Shown here: positions 50,163-59,953 of the stretch, one piece after another
Layout: each line of letters begins with the position of its first letter
Numbering within the stretch: position 1 is the first letter of the stretch
Assembly: GCA_038060895.1 (NCBI GenBank)
Contig: JBBTCT010000002.1
Span: forward strand, 200,298-264,297
Source of the DNA: Planctomycetota bacterium
GTDB lineage: Bacteria; Planctomycetota; MHYJ01; WSZJ01
DNA: 64,000 nucleotides
Direction of reading: 5' to 3'
Made by a program: the position numbers and the translations under genes
Notes under the pieces: model-generated
Database searches by the model: none
The model's input: the letters and a program-made list of their open reading frames with translations, nothing else
Told to the model about the DNA's origin: nothing

Positions 50163-50852
50163 TTACTTCTCTTCGACGACTTCCGCCTCCGTTTCAACCA
50201 CTTCCTTTTCCTTCTGCTCCACCTTCACCGGTGTTTTCACTTCAGGCGCCGAGATGGTGCTCTGCTGCATGCGGTTGTGGCGGACTTTCTTGAAGCAGCA
50301 GCCGTTTCCGTCCTTGAATCCCGCCACGCCCAGCGCCGCGATGAGAAGGAGCCCGAGCAGCGACTGCCCGACGCCGATCGCGATGCCCGCGCGCGCCAGC
50401 CCCTCCGAGGCAGGGTTGCCCTTGCCCGCGCGGATCCTGCGAAGCGCGCTGCACGACACGAGAGCTCCGATCGATCCGCCGACGGGTCCGGAGATGACGA
50501 GAAGGGGAAACGCGACCACTCCGAACACCAGCGAGCCGAGCGAGAGGATGAATCCGCCGACCGCGCCGCAGTCGTGTTTCGTGGCGCAGGCGCCGCCGGC
50601 GTGCCCGACCGGCGACGGAGCTTCCGCCGCGGCGACGCGCGCCATCGGGGGCTCCGGCGTTCCCACCTTCGCCGCGACCGGTTCGATCTTCGGCGTTGCG
50701 GGTCCGTCCACCAGGCGCGCTTCCGGAACGGATTCCGGTGCGGCGGGGGCCCAGACGATGCGGGAGCAGGACGGGCAGCGGACGCGCTTGCCGCCAAGGT
50801 CTTCGGAGACCTGGAGGAGACGGCCGCAAGGACACGGGAACTGGAGGGACAT
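50163..50852 (-). CDS. Zn-ribbon plus DUF4190 membrane protein
   Basis: CPCG...GKRVRCPSC; TM helices, ALRRIR...GLARAGIAIG. Confidence 0.75.
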   Translation of the reverse strand: MSLQFPCPCGRLLQVSEDLGGKRVRCPSCSRIVWAPAAPESVPEARLVDGPATPKIEPVAAKVGTPEPPMARVAAAEAPSPVGHAGGACATKHDCGAVGGFILSLGSLVFGVVAFPLLVISGPVGGSIGALVSCSALRRIRAGKGNPASEGLARAGIAIGVGQSLLGLLLIAALGVAGFKDGNGCCFKKVRHNRMQQSTISAPEVKTPVKVEQKEKEVVETEAEVVEEK

Positions 50853-51023
50853 GGGATGGTTCTCCTGAGTTGCGCGGAACGGAGGGAGTATAGCACTGGG
50901 GGTGGCCCCAGCCCTAGCCCCCCCAATCCCGATTCCTTGCGTTCCCCAGCGCCCGCCGTTTTCCCCCGCTCTCGACACCCCCCGCCCCCCCCTGCTAAAG
51001 TCCCCGCTAGCGAAACTCTCCAC

Positions 51024-51920
51024 ATGAACTTCGACAAATTCAACCAGCTGCAGGCCGACAAACCCAACCTTCGCGAAATGTCCGACGCGACGGCCATCGG
51101 TGACTACAAGAACTCCGGCTGCGGCGACGCTTACCGCATCTTCCTCAAGGTCAACCCCTCCGGCGTCATCGAGGACGCTTCGTTCACCACTACCGGCTGC
51201 GGATTCGGGCTCGCGGCGCTGGCGCTTTGCTGCGAAGCGGCGAAGGGGAAGACGCTGGAAGAAGCGGGGCGGCTGACGGCGGAAGAAATCGAAAAGGGAG
51301 TCGACGGGTTCCCGGAGCGCCGCAAGAACTACCCGGCATCCGCGCTCGAGGCCCTGCAGGTCGCCCTTGCGAACCAGAAGAACGGCGGCCCGGCCGCGGC
51401 AAAGGCCAGGCCGACGCGCGAGGAAGTCCTCCGGCTCATCGCCGACGACAAGCCGCTCGGCACGCTCGACGGCACGAACCTCGACCTGTCCGACCTCGAT
51501 CTCCGAAGCGCCCGCTTCGACGGCGGCAATTTCGCCGGCGCGAATTTCTCGGGCTGCTACCTGATGGGCGCGAGCTTTCACAAGTGCTCGCTCCGCGGCG
51601 CGAACTTCGAGGTCTCGGACCTGATGGGCGTGAATTTCAGGCGCGCGGACCTCTACAACGCAAACTTCCGCAACGCGGACCTCGCGTACGCCGACCTGCG
51701 CAACGCCTTCCTCAACGACGCCGACCTTTCCGGCGCGACGCTCCTGGGCGCCAACCTCGGGTTCTGCAAATTGACCGGCATCAAAATGGCCGGCACCCGC
51801 TGGGGCGGCGCCATGTACGACGCCATGACACGCTTCGACGCCGGCGTCATCGCCCCGTTCGAGCAGATGTTCCGGCACGATTCGGCCGCCGGGATGTTCC
51901 TCGCGGAAGAGAAGGCGTGA
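51024..51920 (+). CDS. NifU/IscU-like scaffold domain fused to pentapeptide repeats
   Basis: NSGCGD, DASFTTTGCG, KGKTLEEA, PERRKNY; then a long A[DN]LxxA[DN][LF] repeat run. Confidence 0.85.
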   Translation: MNFDKFNQLQADKPNLREMSDATAIGDYKNSGCGDAYRIFLKVNPSGVIEDASFTTTGCGFGLAALALCCEAAKGKTLEEAGRLTAEEIEKGVDGFPERRKNYPASALEALQVALANQKNGGPAAAKARPTREEVLRLIADDKPLGTLDGTNLDLSDLDLRSARFDGGNFAGANFSGCYLMGASFHKCSLRGANFEVSDLMGVNFRRADLYNANFRNADLAYADLRNAFLNDADLSGATLLGANLGFCKLTGIKMAGTRWGGAMYDAMTRFDAGVIAPFEQMFRHDSAAGMFLAEEKA

Positions 51921-52126
51921 GCCGCTTCAAGGCCGGCGACGCGGTGCAGTTCAACCGCATCTTCATGCACAAGGGCATCTTCGTGACCCAGAGGAACCCG
52001 ACGAAGATCAAGGCCGTGCGTGAAGCGGCCGGCGCCGAGGCGGAGTACGACGTGATCTTCCTGGATGCGGAGGGGAATCCGCACGTGGTGGAGAAGGTGA
52101 AGGAAGCGGATCTACTTCAGGCGTAG
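51917..52126 (+). CDS. Small beta-rich hypothetical protein (69 aa, possibly SH3-like)
   Basis: GTGA overlap with upstream gene; FKAGDAVQF...YDVIF...VKEADL. Confidence 0.65.
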   Translation: MSRFKAGDAVQFNRIFMHKGIFVTQRNPTKIKAVREAAGAEAEYDVIFLDAEGNPHVVEKVKEADLLQA

Positions 52127-52217
52127 GCGGCTTGCAGCCGCGTGCCAACGGCGCCACAGATCTCAGCAGTGGCTGCCGCACATTCCGGATTCCGAGGCAG
52201 GCCCGGCAACGGGTGAA

Positions 52218-52381
52218 ATCTGCGCCTGTCTGCGTCGATCTCGTTTTATCTGCGCGACGCATTTCCTTGTACTCGATTGCCATGCGAGCGCCGAATCGTA
52301 CGCACTCCGTCACCCAGCGGACATGGGCCCGCAAAGGGCTTTTGCGCAGATAAAACGAGATTTCCGCAGACAAGCGCGGAT
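52218..52381. repeat. Inverted-repeat element D (164 bp; inverted homolog of element C)
   Basis: 38-bp arms match 33/38; shares GTTTTATCTGCGCGACGCATTTC with the reverse complement of C; interiors align colinearly. Confidence 0.9.
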
Positions 52382-52496
52382 ACGGCCAAAGGGATTAGGA
52401 AAAAGACAGACCTAAAACGAACGTCGGGAGGCCGGCGCCTGCTGGGGCTAATTTTTGAGAGTGGCTTTCCTCAGCCCCGCTTAGAATCCCCAGCCC

Positions 52497-53822
52497 GTGA
52501 TCGAAATTCCCGGCGTTTCCATCAAAGAAAAGTTCGCCGAAGGCGGCGCTTCCCACATCTATCTGGGAACCTACCTCAAGCGCGGCTGCCCGTGCGCAGT
52601 GAAGGTCCTGAAGGACCAGCTCAAGCAGGACTCTTCGCAAATCAAGGCGTTCAAGAACGAATCGAAGCTGCTGCTGGCGGTGCGGCACCCGTGCATCATC
52701 GAAGTGTGGGAGTCGGGCTCGACGGCGACAGACTACTACTACGTCATGGAGTACTTTGACTCGAAGAATCTCAAGAGCCTGATCCTCAACAAGTCTCCTC
52801 TAATCGGCGACTGGGTCCCGATCGTGGTGCGTGTGGCCGACGCGATCCTTTACCTGCACCTGAACTCGATGATCCACCGGGACATCAAGCCGGAGAACAT
52901 CCTCGTCAACACGAAGGGCGAGGTGAAGCTGATCGACCTGTCGATCGCGATGAAGAAAACGTTCATGACGGCGCTTTTCAGCCGGACGCCGTCCGTCACC
53001 GCCGGCACGCCGTCCTACATGTCGCCGGAGCAGATCACGGGGAAAGCGTGCGACCACCGGAGCGACATCTATTCGCTCGGGGCGACGATCTACGAAATGC
53101 TGGTCGGCCGGGTGCCGTTCCTGGGGCGGAGCATGAACGAGATCCTGGACAAGCACCTGAAGGAGAAGCCGGTTCCGCCGCGGCAACTGGTGCCGGAGAT
53201 CCCGCCCGAGGCGAACGACCTCCTGATGAAGATGCTGGAGAAGGACCCCGACGACCGGATCGAGGACATGAACCTGGTCCTGTACGAGCTGAAGAAGATC
53301 CAGCGCAAGGGGGCGCCGAAGCTGCAGAGGATCACGGCGGCGGAGGCAGCCAAGGCGCCGGGAGGGCCGGCCGCGGGAATCGGCCCGGTCACGGCCGCGA
53401 GGAGAGCCGCGGCGGTCACCGGTTCGCGCGGATCGGCGCCGGGCAACAAGGAGGACGACGCGAATAGCCGGTCGACCCGCATCCTGGTGCAGGACGGGTT
53501 CCTTCAGTTCGGGATCTGCAAGGAAGGCGACCCGCCCAAACTTCCCGCCGGCTACAAGAGCCCGCTGGTGAACCTGAGCCGCCATGGACTCGGCTTCGTT
53601 GCCGAAGTGGACATCGTGCTCGAGAGCTGCGTGGACCTGGCGCTGCACCTGCGCGGCACGCGCAAGCCGATCTATGCGCGCGGCAAGGTCGCCTGGTGCC
53701 GCAAGGTGAAGGACGCGAATCTACGGTCCATCGGCATCCGGCTCACGGCGCGGTCCAAGGACTACATGACCGCGTACGAGCAGCTCAAGACCGCGACCAA
53801 GACCGGCACGGACGAAACCTAA
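52497..53822 (+). CDS. Ser/Thr protein kinase with C-terminal PilZ-like domain
   Basis: AVK, HRDIKPEN, DLS, GTPSYMSPE; C-terminal NLSRHG...GKVAW...IGIRL. Confidence 0.88.
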   Translation: MIEIPGVSIKEKFAEGGASHIYLGTYLKRGCPCAVKVLKDQLKQDSSQIKAFKNESKLLLAVRHPCIIEVWESGSTATDYYYVMEYFDSKNLKSLILNKSPLIGDWVPIVVRVADAILYLHLNSMIHRDIKPENILVNTKGEVKLIDLSIAMKKTFMTALFSRTPSVTAGTPSYMSPEQITGKACDHRSDIYSLGATIYEMLVGRVPFLGRSMNEILDKHLKEKPVPPRQLVPEIPPEANDLLMKMLEKDPDDRIEDMNLVLYELKKIQRKGAPKLQRITAAEAAKAPGGPAAGIGPVTAARRAAAVTGSRGSAPGNKEDDANSRSTRILVQDGFLQFGICKEGDPPKLPAGYKSPLVNLSRHGLGFVAEVDIVLESCVDLALHLRGTRKPIYARGKVAWCRKVKDANLRSIGIRLTARSKDYMTAYEQLKTATKTGTDET

Positions 53823-53831
53823 CGCGCGCCG

Positions 53832-55034
53832 TCACTTGCCTTTCCCCGCCTCCAGCGCCCTCAGCGCCACTTCCTCGTTCACGACCCTCTCGAATCCCAT
53901 TTTGAACTCTTCGTCCGCCTCTTCGCTCATCGGCCGCGCGAGATGCGTGAACACCTGGATGTTGTAGGAGATCTCTTCGCCGATTGCTTCGCCGATCGAA
54001 GGCAGGCCGGACCTCTCCGCCGCTGCGTCGATGTCTTCCTGCGACAGGCCGGGATTCTTGGCGCGAAGCTCCCTGGCGATCTCGTTGCGACGCTTCGCCC
54101 CCAGCGCCGCCAGCACTTCGATCTCCGCGTCCGTCCAGGCCGCGCGGTAGTACGCCCTCACCGAGCCAAGCGCCCGCTCAAGCCGGCGCTTCCAGTCCTT
54201 GTCTTTCCCAAGCACCTCCAGCGACAGCTGCATCGCGTAGTCGAGGACGATGCCGCGGACCTGGACGGGCGCCATCGGCTTGCCGGCGAGCTTGAAGAGC
54301 GCGGGGTCGAGAGCCTCGTCGATCGCGAACGATTCGCGCTTGAGGCGCGCGAGTCGCCCGCCGGGCGGCTCCAGCTGCCAGTCGATGAGGCTTCCCGTGT
54401 CGCGGTCGATGGTGACGCGGCCGCACAGGCCGGAGATGACGGCGGTCCGGTCAACCGCGCGGACGGTCATGCCTTCCTGGGGACGAAGAAGCGACAGCCA
54501 CCCGAACGGCGCGGTTTCCTTGAGGGAAACGGTGAGCAGGATGTGCCGCTCCGCCCGGCCCTGTTCATCCAGCCGAAGCGCGACGTCCGTCCCGATGTAT
54601 CCGGGAGGGACCGGCGGGTTCTCGCCGCGCGCGGGCTGAGGTTTCCCGGCCGCGATCGCGGTCGCAGCGGCGTACACATGGCCGATCGGCACGGAGGCGA
54701 CGAGGAAATTCCCCTCGCCGTCCGGTGCGCGGACCGAGAGCGTGCCGCCGTCGAGGACGAGCGCAATGCCGGGTTCGACATGAAGCGCCGCGCGCCCGGC
54801 GCGGTCGTAGGCCAGCGTCACGACGACGTTGGTGGCGCCCTCGGCGCCGTACTTCGCCTGGAACGTCTTCCATTTCCCGGCCGCGGCCCGGCACTCGGCC
54901 TCGAGGTCCACATCCGCAGGATTCTCAGGCGCGGTTTTCCCGTTGTCCGGTTTGGGGTCCGGGTTCTTTCCGTCGTCGCCGCCGCAGGAACTGAGGACCA
55001 GGGCGGCCACGAGCGTGATCAGGGGGCGCTTCAT
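53832..55034 (-). CDS. Hypothetical lipoprotein
   Basis: Lipobox LSSC; host-like codon usage. Confidence 0.65.
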   Translation of the reverse strand: MKRPLITLVAALVLSSCGGDDGKNPDPKPDNGKTAPENPADVDLEAECRAAAGKWKTFQAKYGAEGATNVVVTLAYDRAGRAALHVEPGIALVLDGGTLSVRAPDGEGNFLVASVPIGHVYAAATAIAAGKPQPARGENPPVPPGYIGTDVALRLDEQGRAERHILLTVSLKETAPFGWLSLLRPQEGMTVRAVDRTAVISGLCGRVTIDRDTGSLIDWQLEPPGGRLARLKRESFAIDEALDPALFKLAGKPMAPVQVRGIVLDYAMQLSLEVLGKDKDWKRRLERALGSVRAYYRAAWTDAEIEVLAALGAKRRNEIARELRAKNPGLSQEDIDAAAERSGLPSIGEAIGEEISYNIQVFTHLARPMSEEADEEFKMGFERVVNEEVALRALEAGKGK

Positions 55035-55076
55035 GGGGCGGGATCTTAGGCCCTCGCCGGCCTCCGGGTCACGCAT

Positions 55077-56156
55077 TCACGGCCCCGTCCGGTTCCAGCG
55101 CGCCACCACCCAGATGCCGGCACGCTTGCGGAGGCGGAAGTGATGCCAGGACTCGAAGGTCTTGCCGTCCGAAGCGGCCGGATTCTGAATCTCGGCGATG
55201 ACGACGCTCGCCCAGGCGCCGTCGTCCACGAACGCCTTCCGGCCGAGCGATTCTTCTTCGACGCCGAGTTTCAGGCGGACGGAGTCGGCGGCGCGGGCGT
55301 CCCAGGCCTCGCGGCCGACGGCGACGGCTTTGGCGGAGAGCGGATGAAGCGCGAATGTGTCGCCGGGGACAAGCACGGCGACCTCGAAATCCTTGGGCCA
55401 TCTGCGGACTGCCGAATAGAACCGGAACGCGGCCGTGAGGGCGCCGTCGCCGCCCGCCGCGTAAAACGACTTCAGCGCTTCCCCCGCCCCCGGATCGTCC
55501 ATGCGCGCGAGCGTCGTGAGGGCCCAATCGCGAAGCGGTCCGTCGGCCGCTGCGAGCTTTGCCAGCTCAGGAACGCTCTCCGCGGGATCGTTCGCGAGCG
55601 CCATCGCGCCGTACTCCCAGACGACGTCCGACCGCCAGCCGAGCGCCGGGGCGTTCCAGGCACCGGCGCGCGCTTCCGCGATCACGGTCTGGACGCGCTC
55701 CGCCGCGCTCATTCCGGCGATCCGCGTGTGCAGCCCTTTGGGGTCTTTCTGCCTGAAGAGAATCCCAAACGCGGCCCGCCGGAATCCCGGGCCCTGTCCC
55801 TGCACGCCTTCCGCGTCCAGCACAGCGCCGCCTTTTCCGCTCCCGAGCAGCACGATGAGGTCTCGCAGCCGCTCGCGCTGCGGCCACTGCCACGAGCGCG
55901 GCAGCAGGTACACGACCTCCGCGCCGGCATCGACGTTCTGGACGTTGCGGAAGACGGCGACGTCCTCGGAAGCGTCCCGGAACCGCTCCGACTGCTCGGG
56001 CGTGACGTACTCGCCCTTCTCGTCCTTCGTGATCTCCTTCTCCATCACTTGCCGCAGGCGCCAGATCTCCGGCGGCACGCCCTTCGACGGATCCTCCGCC
56101 TTCTCGCAGAGGCCGGGGAGCAGCGCGATCGAGACGAGCATGGCTCCGCGGATCAC
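55077..56156 (-). CDS. Hypothetical exported protein (helical/HEAT-like)
   Basis: Overlaps the hpt stop; N-terminal hydrophobic segment. Confidence 0.6.
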   Translation of the reverse strand: MIRGAMLVSIALLPGLCEKAEDPSKGVPPEIWRLRQVMEKEITKDEKGEYVTPEQSERFRDASEDVAVFRNVQNVDAGAEVVYLLPRSWQWPQRERLRDLIVLLGSGKGGAVLDAEGVQGQGPGFRRAAFGILFRQKDPKGLHTRIAGMSAAERVQTVIAEARAGAWNAPALGWRSDVVWEYGAMALANDPAESVPELAKLAAADGPLRDWALTTLARMDDPGAGEALKSFYAAGGDGALTAAFRFYSAVRRWPKDFEVAVLVPGDTFALHPLSAKAVAVGREAWDARAADSVRLKLGVEEESLGRKAFVDDGAWASVVIAEIQNPAASDGKTFESWHHFRLRKRAGIWVVARWNRTGP

Positions 56157-56677
56157 ATTCCCTCCACGACGCCGACGTACGGCAGATTGCGGAAGCGGCC
56201 GTCGTAGTCGAGGCCGTAGCCGACGACGAAGCGGTCGGGGATTGTGAAGCCGAGGTAGTCGATCGGGACTTTGACCTTGGTGCGGGACGGTTTCTGGAGG
56301 AGCGAGCAGACGAGGAGTTTTTCGGGGTTGCGGGCGCGCAGGACGCGCAGGAGGGAGTCCATCGTCGTTCCGGTATCGACGATGTCCTCGACAAGCACGG
56401 TGATGCGGCCGGCGATCGGCTCGGAGAGGTCCATGTCGAAGCGCACGTCGCCGGTCGATTGCGTTCCCTTATAGGAAGTGACGCGCAGGAAGTCGCACGA
56501 GACTTCCGCCGGAATCGCGCGGGCGAGATCGGCCATGAAGATGAAGCTCCCTTTGAGCACGCCGAGAAGGTGGATCGGTTTCCCCGGGTGATCAGCGGCG
56601 ATGCGGGCGCCGAGTTCGCGGATTTTGGAAGCGAGCTCGGGGGCGGAGATGAGGGTGGAGACTTGGGCTTCGGTCAT
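56153..56677 (-). CDS. hpt: Hypoxanthine phosphoribosyltransferase
   Basis: GVLKGSFIFMADL, VLVEDIVDTGTT, FVVGYGLDY, RNLPY. Confidence 0.97.
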   Translation of the reverse strand: MTEAQVSTLISAPELASKIRELGARIAADHPGKPIHLLGVLKGSFIFMADLARAIPAEVSCDFLRVTSYKGTQSTGDVRFDMDLSEPIAGRITVLVEDIVDTGTTMDSLLRVLRARNPEKLLVCSLLQKPSRTKVKVPIDYLGFTIPDRFVVGYGLDYDGRFRNLPYVGVVEGM

Positions 56678-56795
56678 TTGTGGCTGGTGGAAATTGGGTG
56701 CGCCTTTTGGGACGGGGAGGGCACGAAGACCTCAGCGCGGCAGTGCCGCAACGGGACCAGGCGCCATGTCGATTGCCTGACTGTCCGTCGAACGA

Positions 56796-56961
56796 CCTCA
56801 CCACAGAGGCACAGAGGCACAGAGGAAAGACAAAAATCTTCCTTCTCTGTTCCACAAACCGTCACGCTCGTCGAGTGGCTTTGTGAACTCTGTACGTAAC
56901 TCGCCAACTTCTTGTATTTCCGAGAATCTCTTCTCCGTGCCTCTGTGCCTCTGTGGTGAGG
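56796..56961. repeat. Inverted-repeat element E (166 bp; 29-bp arms of 8-bp CACAGAGG units)
   Basis: CCTCACCACAGAGGCACAGAGGCACAGAG vs reverse complement of 56933-56961 match 28/29; AT-richer 108-nt interior. Confidence 0.92.
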
Positions 56962-57095
56962 CCGTAAGCCGGACGACTGGGCCCTCGACGCAGCGCCAGG
57001 TTTGGTTGCGGCTCCGACGCGCTGAGATCTCCGTGACCTACGTGTCACCCAGGAACCCATGGCGTACTCGCTAGCCTCTCCCTGTCCAACCTCCG

Positions 57096-59003
57096 TCATT
57101 TCTTGCCCGCCTGCGCTGCTTTCCTCGCCCACACCGACGTCGGCCACTTTTTCTGCACCTCCGCGAACACCGCCTTGGCCTTGTCGTCCATCTTCTGCCG
57201 CAGGAACGCCATGCCGCGGTAGAACGTGAGCTGCGCCGCGGCCGACGACGCCGGATTCGCCGCCAGGAACGTGTCCGCCTCCTTCAGCGCCTCTTCAAAG
57301 CGCCCGTACGACATCATCGACCACACCACGAACGGCTCCATCCCGTCCGCCCGCTTCGCGTCCGCCAGCATCGCCTCGCGCGCCCACTTCTCCGCTTCCT
57401 TCCAGCGCTTCTTGTCCCAGAACCACCTCGCCATCCCTTCCATCTTGCCCGCGTCTTTCGGCTCGTTCAGGCGGCGCGTCTCTTCGTCGTCCACCTTCGG
57501 CGCGTTCGCCTTCCCGGCCGCGAGCGCCTTCAGGAACGCATCCGTCGTGGTGCGCGGGTCGATCCCCTGCGGCTCCATGTTGTTGCCGAAGCCGCCCGCG
57601 AGCGAGCCGCGGGGGGAGAGAAGGGCGATCATCGGGAGGTCGTCCACGCTGTAGCGCTCGACCAGCTCCGGGTGCAGGTCGGCGTCCACCTGCACGGCGA
57701 GCCAGTCCTTGAGCGCGGCGCCGACCTTGTCGTCGGAGAGCGGGCCTTCCTCGAACTTCTTGCAGAAGGGGCACCAGCCGGCGGTGATCTCGACCAGGAG
57801 CGGCTTGTTGGTCTGCGCCGCCTTCTTGATCGCGTCCTCCAGCGAGAGGTTTTCCCACGCGACCGCCTTCGCGCGGCTCTGCAGCTTGTCCATCTTGCGC
57901 TTCTCGACCGTCACCGTCGCCGCGGCCTTGAGCGATCCGTCCGCGGACGCCACGCTCACTTTGACGCTGCCGGCAGTCGCCCCTTCAGGCGCGTCGTACG
58001 TGTTGCGCTGGGGCTCGAAAAGATGCTCGGGATCCTGGTCGGTCGAGGCGCGGGCGAGGCCAGCGCCCTCGGAGACGGACCACTGAAGCGTCGGCCCGAG
58101 GACGATGTTGCCCGCGGCGTCCACCGCGGTGACTTCGAACGGCTGGCTCTGGTTCTGCGCGATGGTCGCCGTCTCGGGCACGAGCTGCAGCTTGACCGCT
58201 GGCCCGAGCACCGTGACTGCGGCCGACGCCGTGGACCGCCCGCCCGCGTCGCTCACGAACACCGTCTCCTTGCCCGGCTTGTCCCCCGCGAAAAAGGTCC
58301 CGTCCTTCGCGACGAGCCCCGGCGAGCAGGACCACTTCACTTCGACCTTCGCCGGGTCGAGCACCCTCCAGTCCACGTCCCACACCTGCATCAGGATCAG
58401 GTCCTTCGTGAGCCCCTGGCCGACCGCGACCGAGGAGTTGGTCAGCTGCGAAGCGTCGCCGTAAAGGTTCGCGGCGTACTCGAGCATCACCTTCACCGGC
58501 GGCCCCGCCGCCGCCACGTCGAACTTCGCCCCCCCCGCCTTCTCCGCCTCCGGGAGCCACTTGTCCATCGTGTCGCAAGCCGCTTTCCAGCCCTGCTCGT
58601 CCGGGAAGTTCGTGGCCTTGAGCGTCGCCTTCGCGATCTTGAGATGGTGAAGCGCAAGTCCGAATCGCTTGGCGTTTGAGTAGCCGATGCCGAGCCAGAA
58701 GTGCGTGAGCCCGTCGTCCTTGCCTCGCCGAAGCGCCTCGTGCAGGTAGAACAGCCCCCGCTCGCGGTCCCCGCTCTTCACAAGGCACGCCCCCATCGCC
58801 CGGTAAGCCTCGACCTTCGCCGGCGCCAGCCGCATCGCTTCGCGCAACTCCCACGTCGCGCGGTGCATGTTGCCCTTCTGAAAGAACTGCTCCTTGCCCG
58901 CGGTGACGCGGGTCGCGTAGTCGTCATCCGGCGCAGAATCTTCGGCGCGGCAAGCCAGCCCGGCCGTGAGGAACAGCAATGGAAGGAAAGCGTAGCGGCG
59001 CAT
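57096..59003 (-). CDS. Exported TPR - Ig-like - thioredoxin - TPR protein
   Basis: Signal peptide; TPRs; Big_2-like repeats; TAGWCPFCKK thioredoxin site; C-terminal TPR. Confidence 0.8.
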   Translation of the reverse strand: MRRYAFLPLLFLTAGLACRAEDSAPDDDYATRVTAGKEQFFQKGNMHRATWELREAMRLAPAKVEAYRAMGACLVKSGDRERGLFYLHEALRRGKDDGLTHFWLGIGYSNAKRFGLALHHLKIAKATLKATNFPDEQGWKAACDTMDKWLPEAEKAGGAKFDVAAAGPPVKVMLEYAANLYGDASQLTNSSVAVGQGLTKDLILMQVWDVDWRVLDPAKVEVKWSCSPGLVAKDGTFFAGDKPGKETVFVSDAGGRSTASAAVTVLGPAVKLQLVPETATIAQNQSQPFEVTAVDAAGNIVLGPTLQWSVSEGAGLARASTDQDPEHLFEPQRNTYDAPEGATAGSVKVSVASADGSLKAAATVTVEKRKMDKLQSRAKAVAWENLSLEDAIKKAAQTNKPLLVEITAGWCPFCKKFEEGPLSDDKVGAALKDWLAVQVDADLHPELVERYSVDDLPMIALLSPRGSLAGGFGNNMEPQGIDPRTTTDAFLKALAAGKANAPKVDDEETRRLNEPKDAGKMEGMARWFWDKKRWKEAEKWAREAMLADAKRADGMEPFVVWSMMSYGRFEEALKEADTFLAANPASSAAAQLTFYRGMAFLRQKMDDKAKAVFAEVQKKWPTSVWARKAAQAGKK

Positions 59004-59513
59004 GCGAGGGCTCCCGTGGGGTAGAAACGCGATTCTAGCAGGGAAGCGGCGTGCGAGGTGCATCGGAGAGGCGGGACATGCTTCAAAGACCGGACAACAA
59101 GGTGTTGCCGCGACCGTCCGGCCCCCGGATCCGAAGCGATCGAAGTAAACTGGAGTTCCAGTAAGGAGACTGTCCAGGAAACCGATTGCGATCGTGCTGC
59201 TGAAGGCGACGACCGGGGACGACGCCGAAGCGATCCAGGACGCAGCGAAAACGATTCCCGAAAGGTAGATGCAAATAAAAACCTCCGCGGGGATGGAGCC
59301 CGAACAGGCAACCGCCGCCAGCAGCAGATGCGCATCGTGAACGCACCTTAGGAAAACGGGTGGCGCCGCACCTCCGTCAACCGGGCGTGCACTCGGAGTC
59401 CCACATGCCCGGACCGAGGAGGAAGACGACGGCCATTTTTAGGGGAGCATATGTGGATTCCAAGGTGGTTACGAAAGTGGACAACCGATCGTCGGTGTCG
59501 CCGTGTGCTTGGA

Positions 59514-59750
59514 ATGGCGACCGAAATTATGCAGTCAATGAGATCAGTTGAAGAGCTGGAACGGCTTCGCTGCCCAGATTGTGGCGCCGGGATGACCGCA
59601 AGCTTTGAACCTTCCGATGGCCGCGCCGCAAAGATCACTTGCAGTGAATCGGAGTTTCATTGTAGCCGGACGATCAATACTGACCCGCCTCCGGCGTGGT
59701 GGAAGTCCAGACGGTCCGATCACCCCTGGTTTTCATCTCAGAGCACCTGA
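59514..59750 (+). CDS. Small Zn-ribbon hypothetical protein
   Basis: CPDCG...TCSESEFH; lower GC; start uncertain. Confidence 0.35.
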   Translation: MATEIMQSMRSVEELERLRCPDCGAGMTASFEPSDGRAAKITCSESEFHCSRTINTDPPPAWWKSRRSDHPWFSSQST

Positions 59751-59953
59751 ATGTCGTAAGCCGCGGCCGGTTCGGCGGGGGGAAACCGAGAACGCGGGCC
59801 TTGAGGATTATCAACGCGGACGCTGCGGCGAGGAGTCGGGCAACGGGCGAAGGGCGGCTGGTGCGCATCCTCGAATGTCACCGCGACGCGAGAATCCGGT
59901 CAACGAACACGCGCCCGAGGGCGCTTCACGTCATCCTGGCCAGGCCCTAATTT

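Noticed and set aside
56592-57147. Short ORFs containing HRGTEARR / LCLCASVV
   Set aside because: Translation artefacts of repeat element E
59058-59450. Possible membrane-protein gene in the lower-GC stretch
   Set aside because: A hydrophobic reading exists on the minus strand but has no usable start; other frames give no coherent protein
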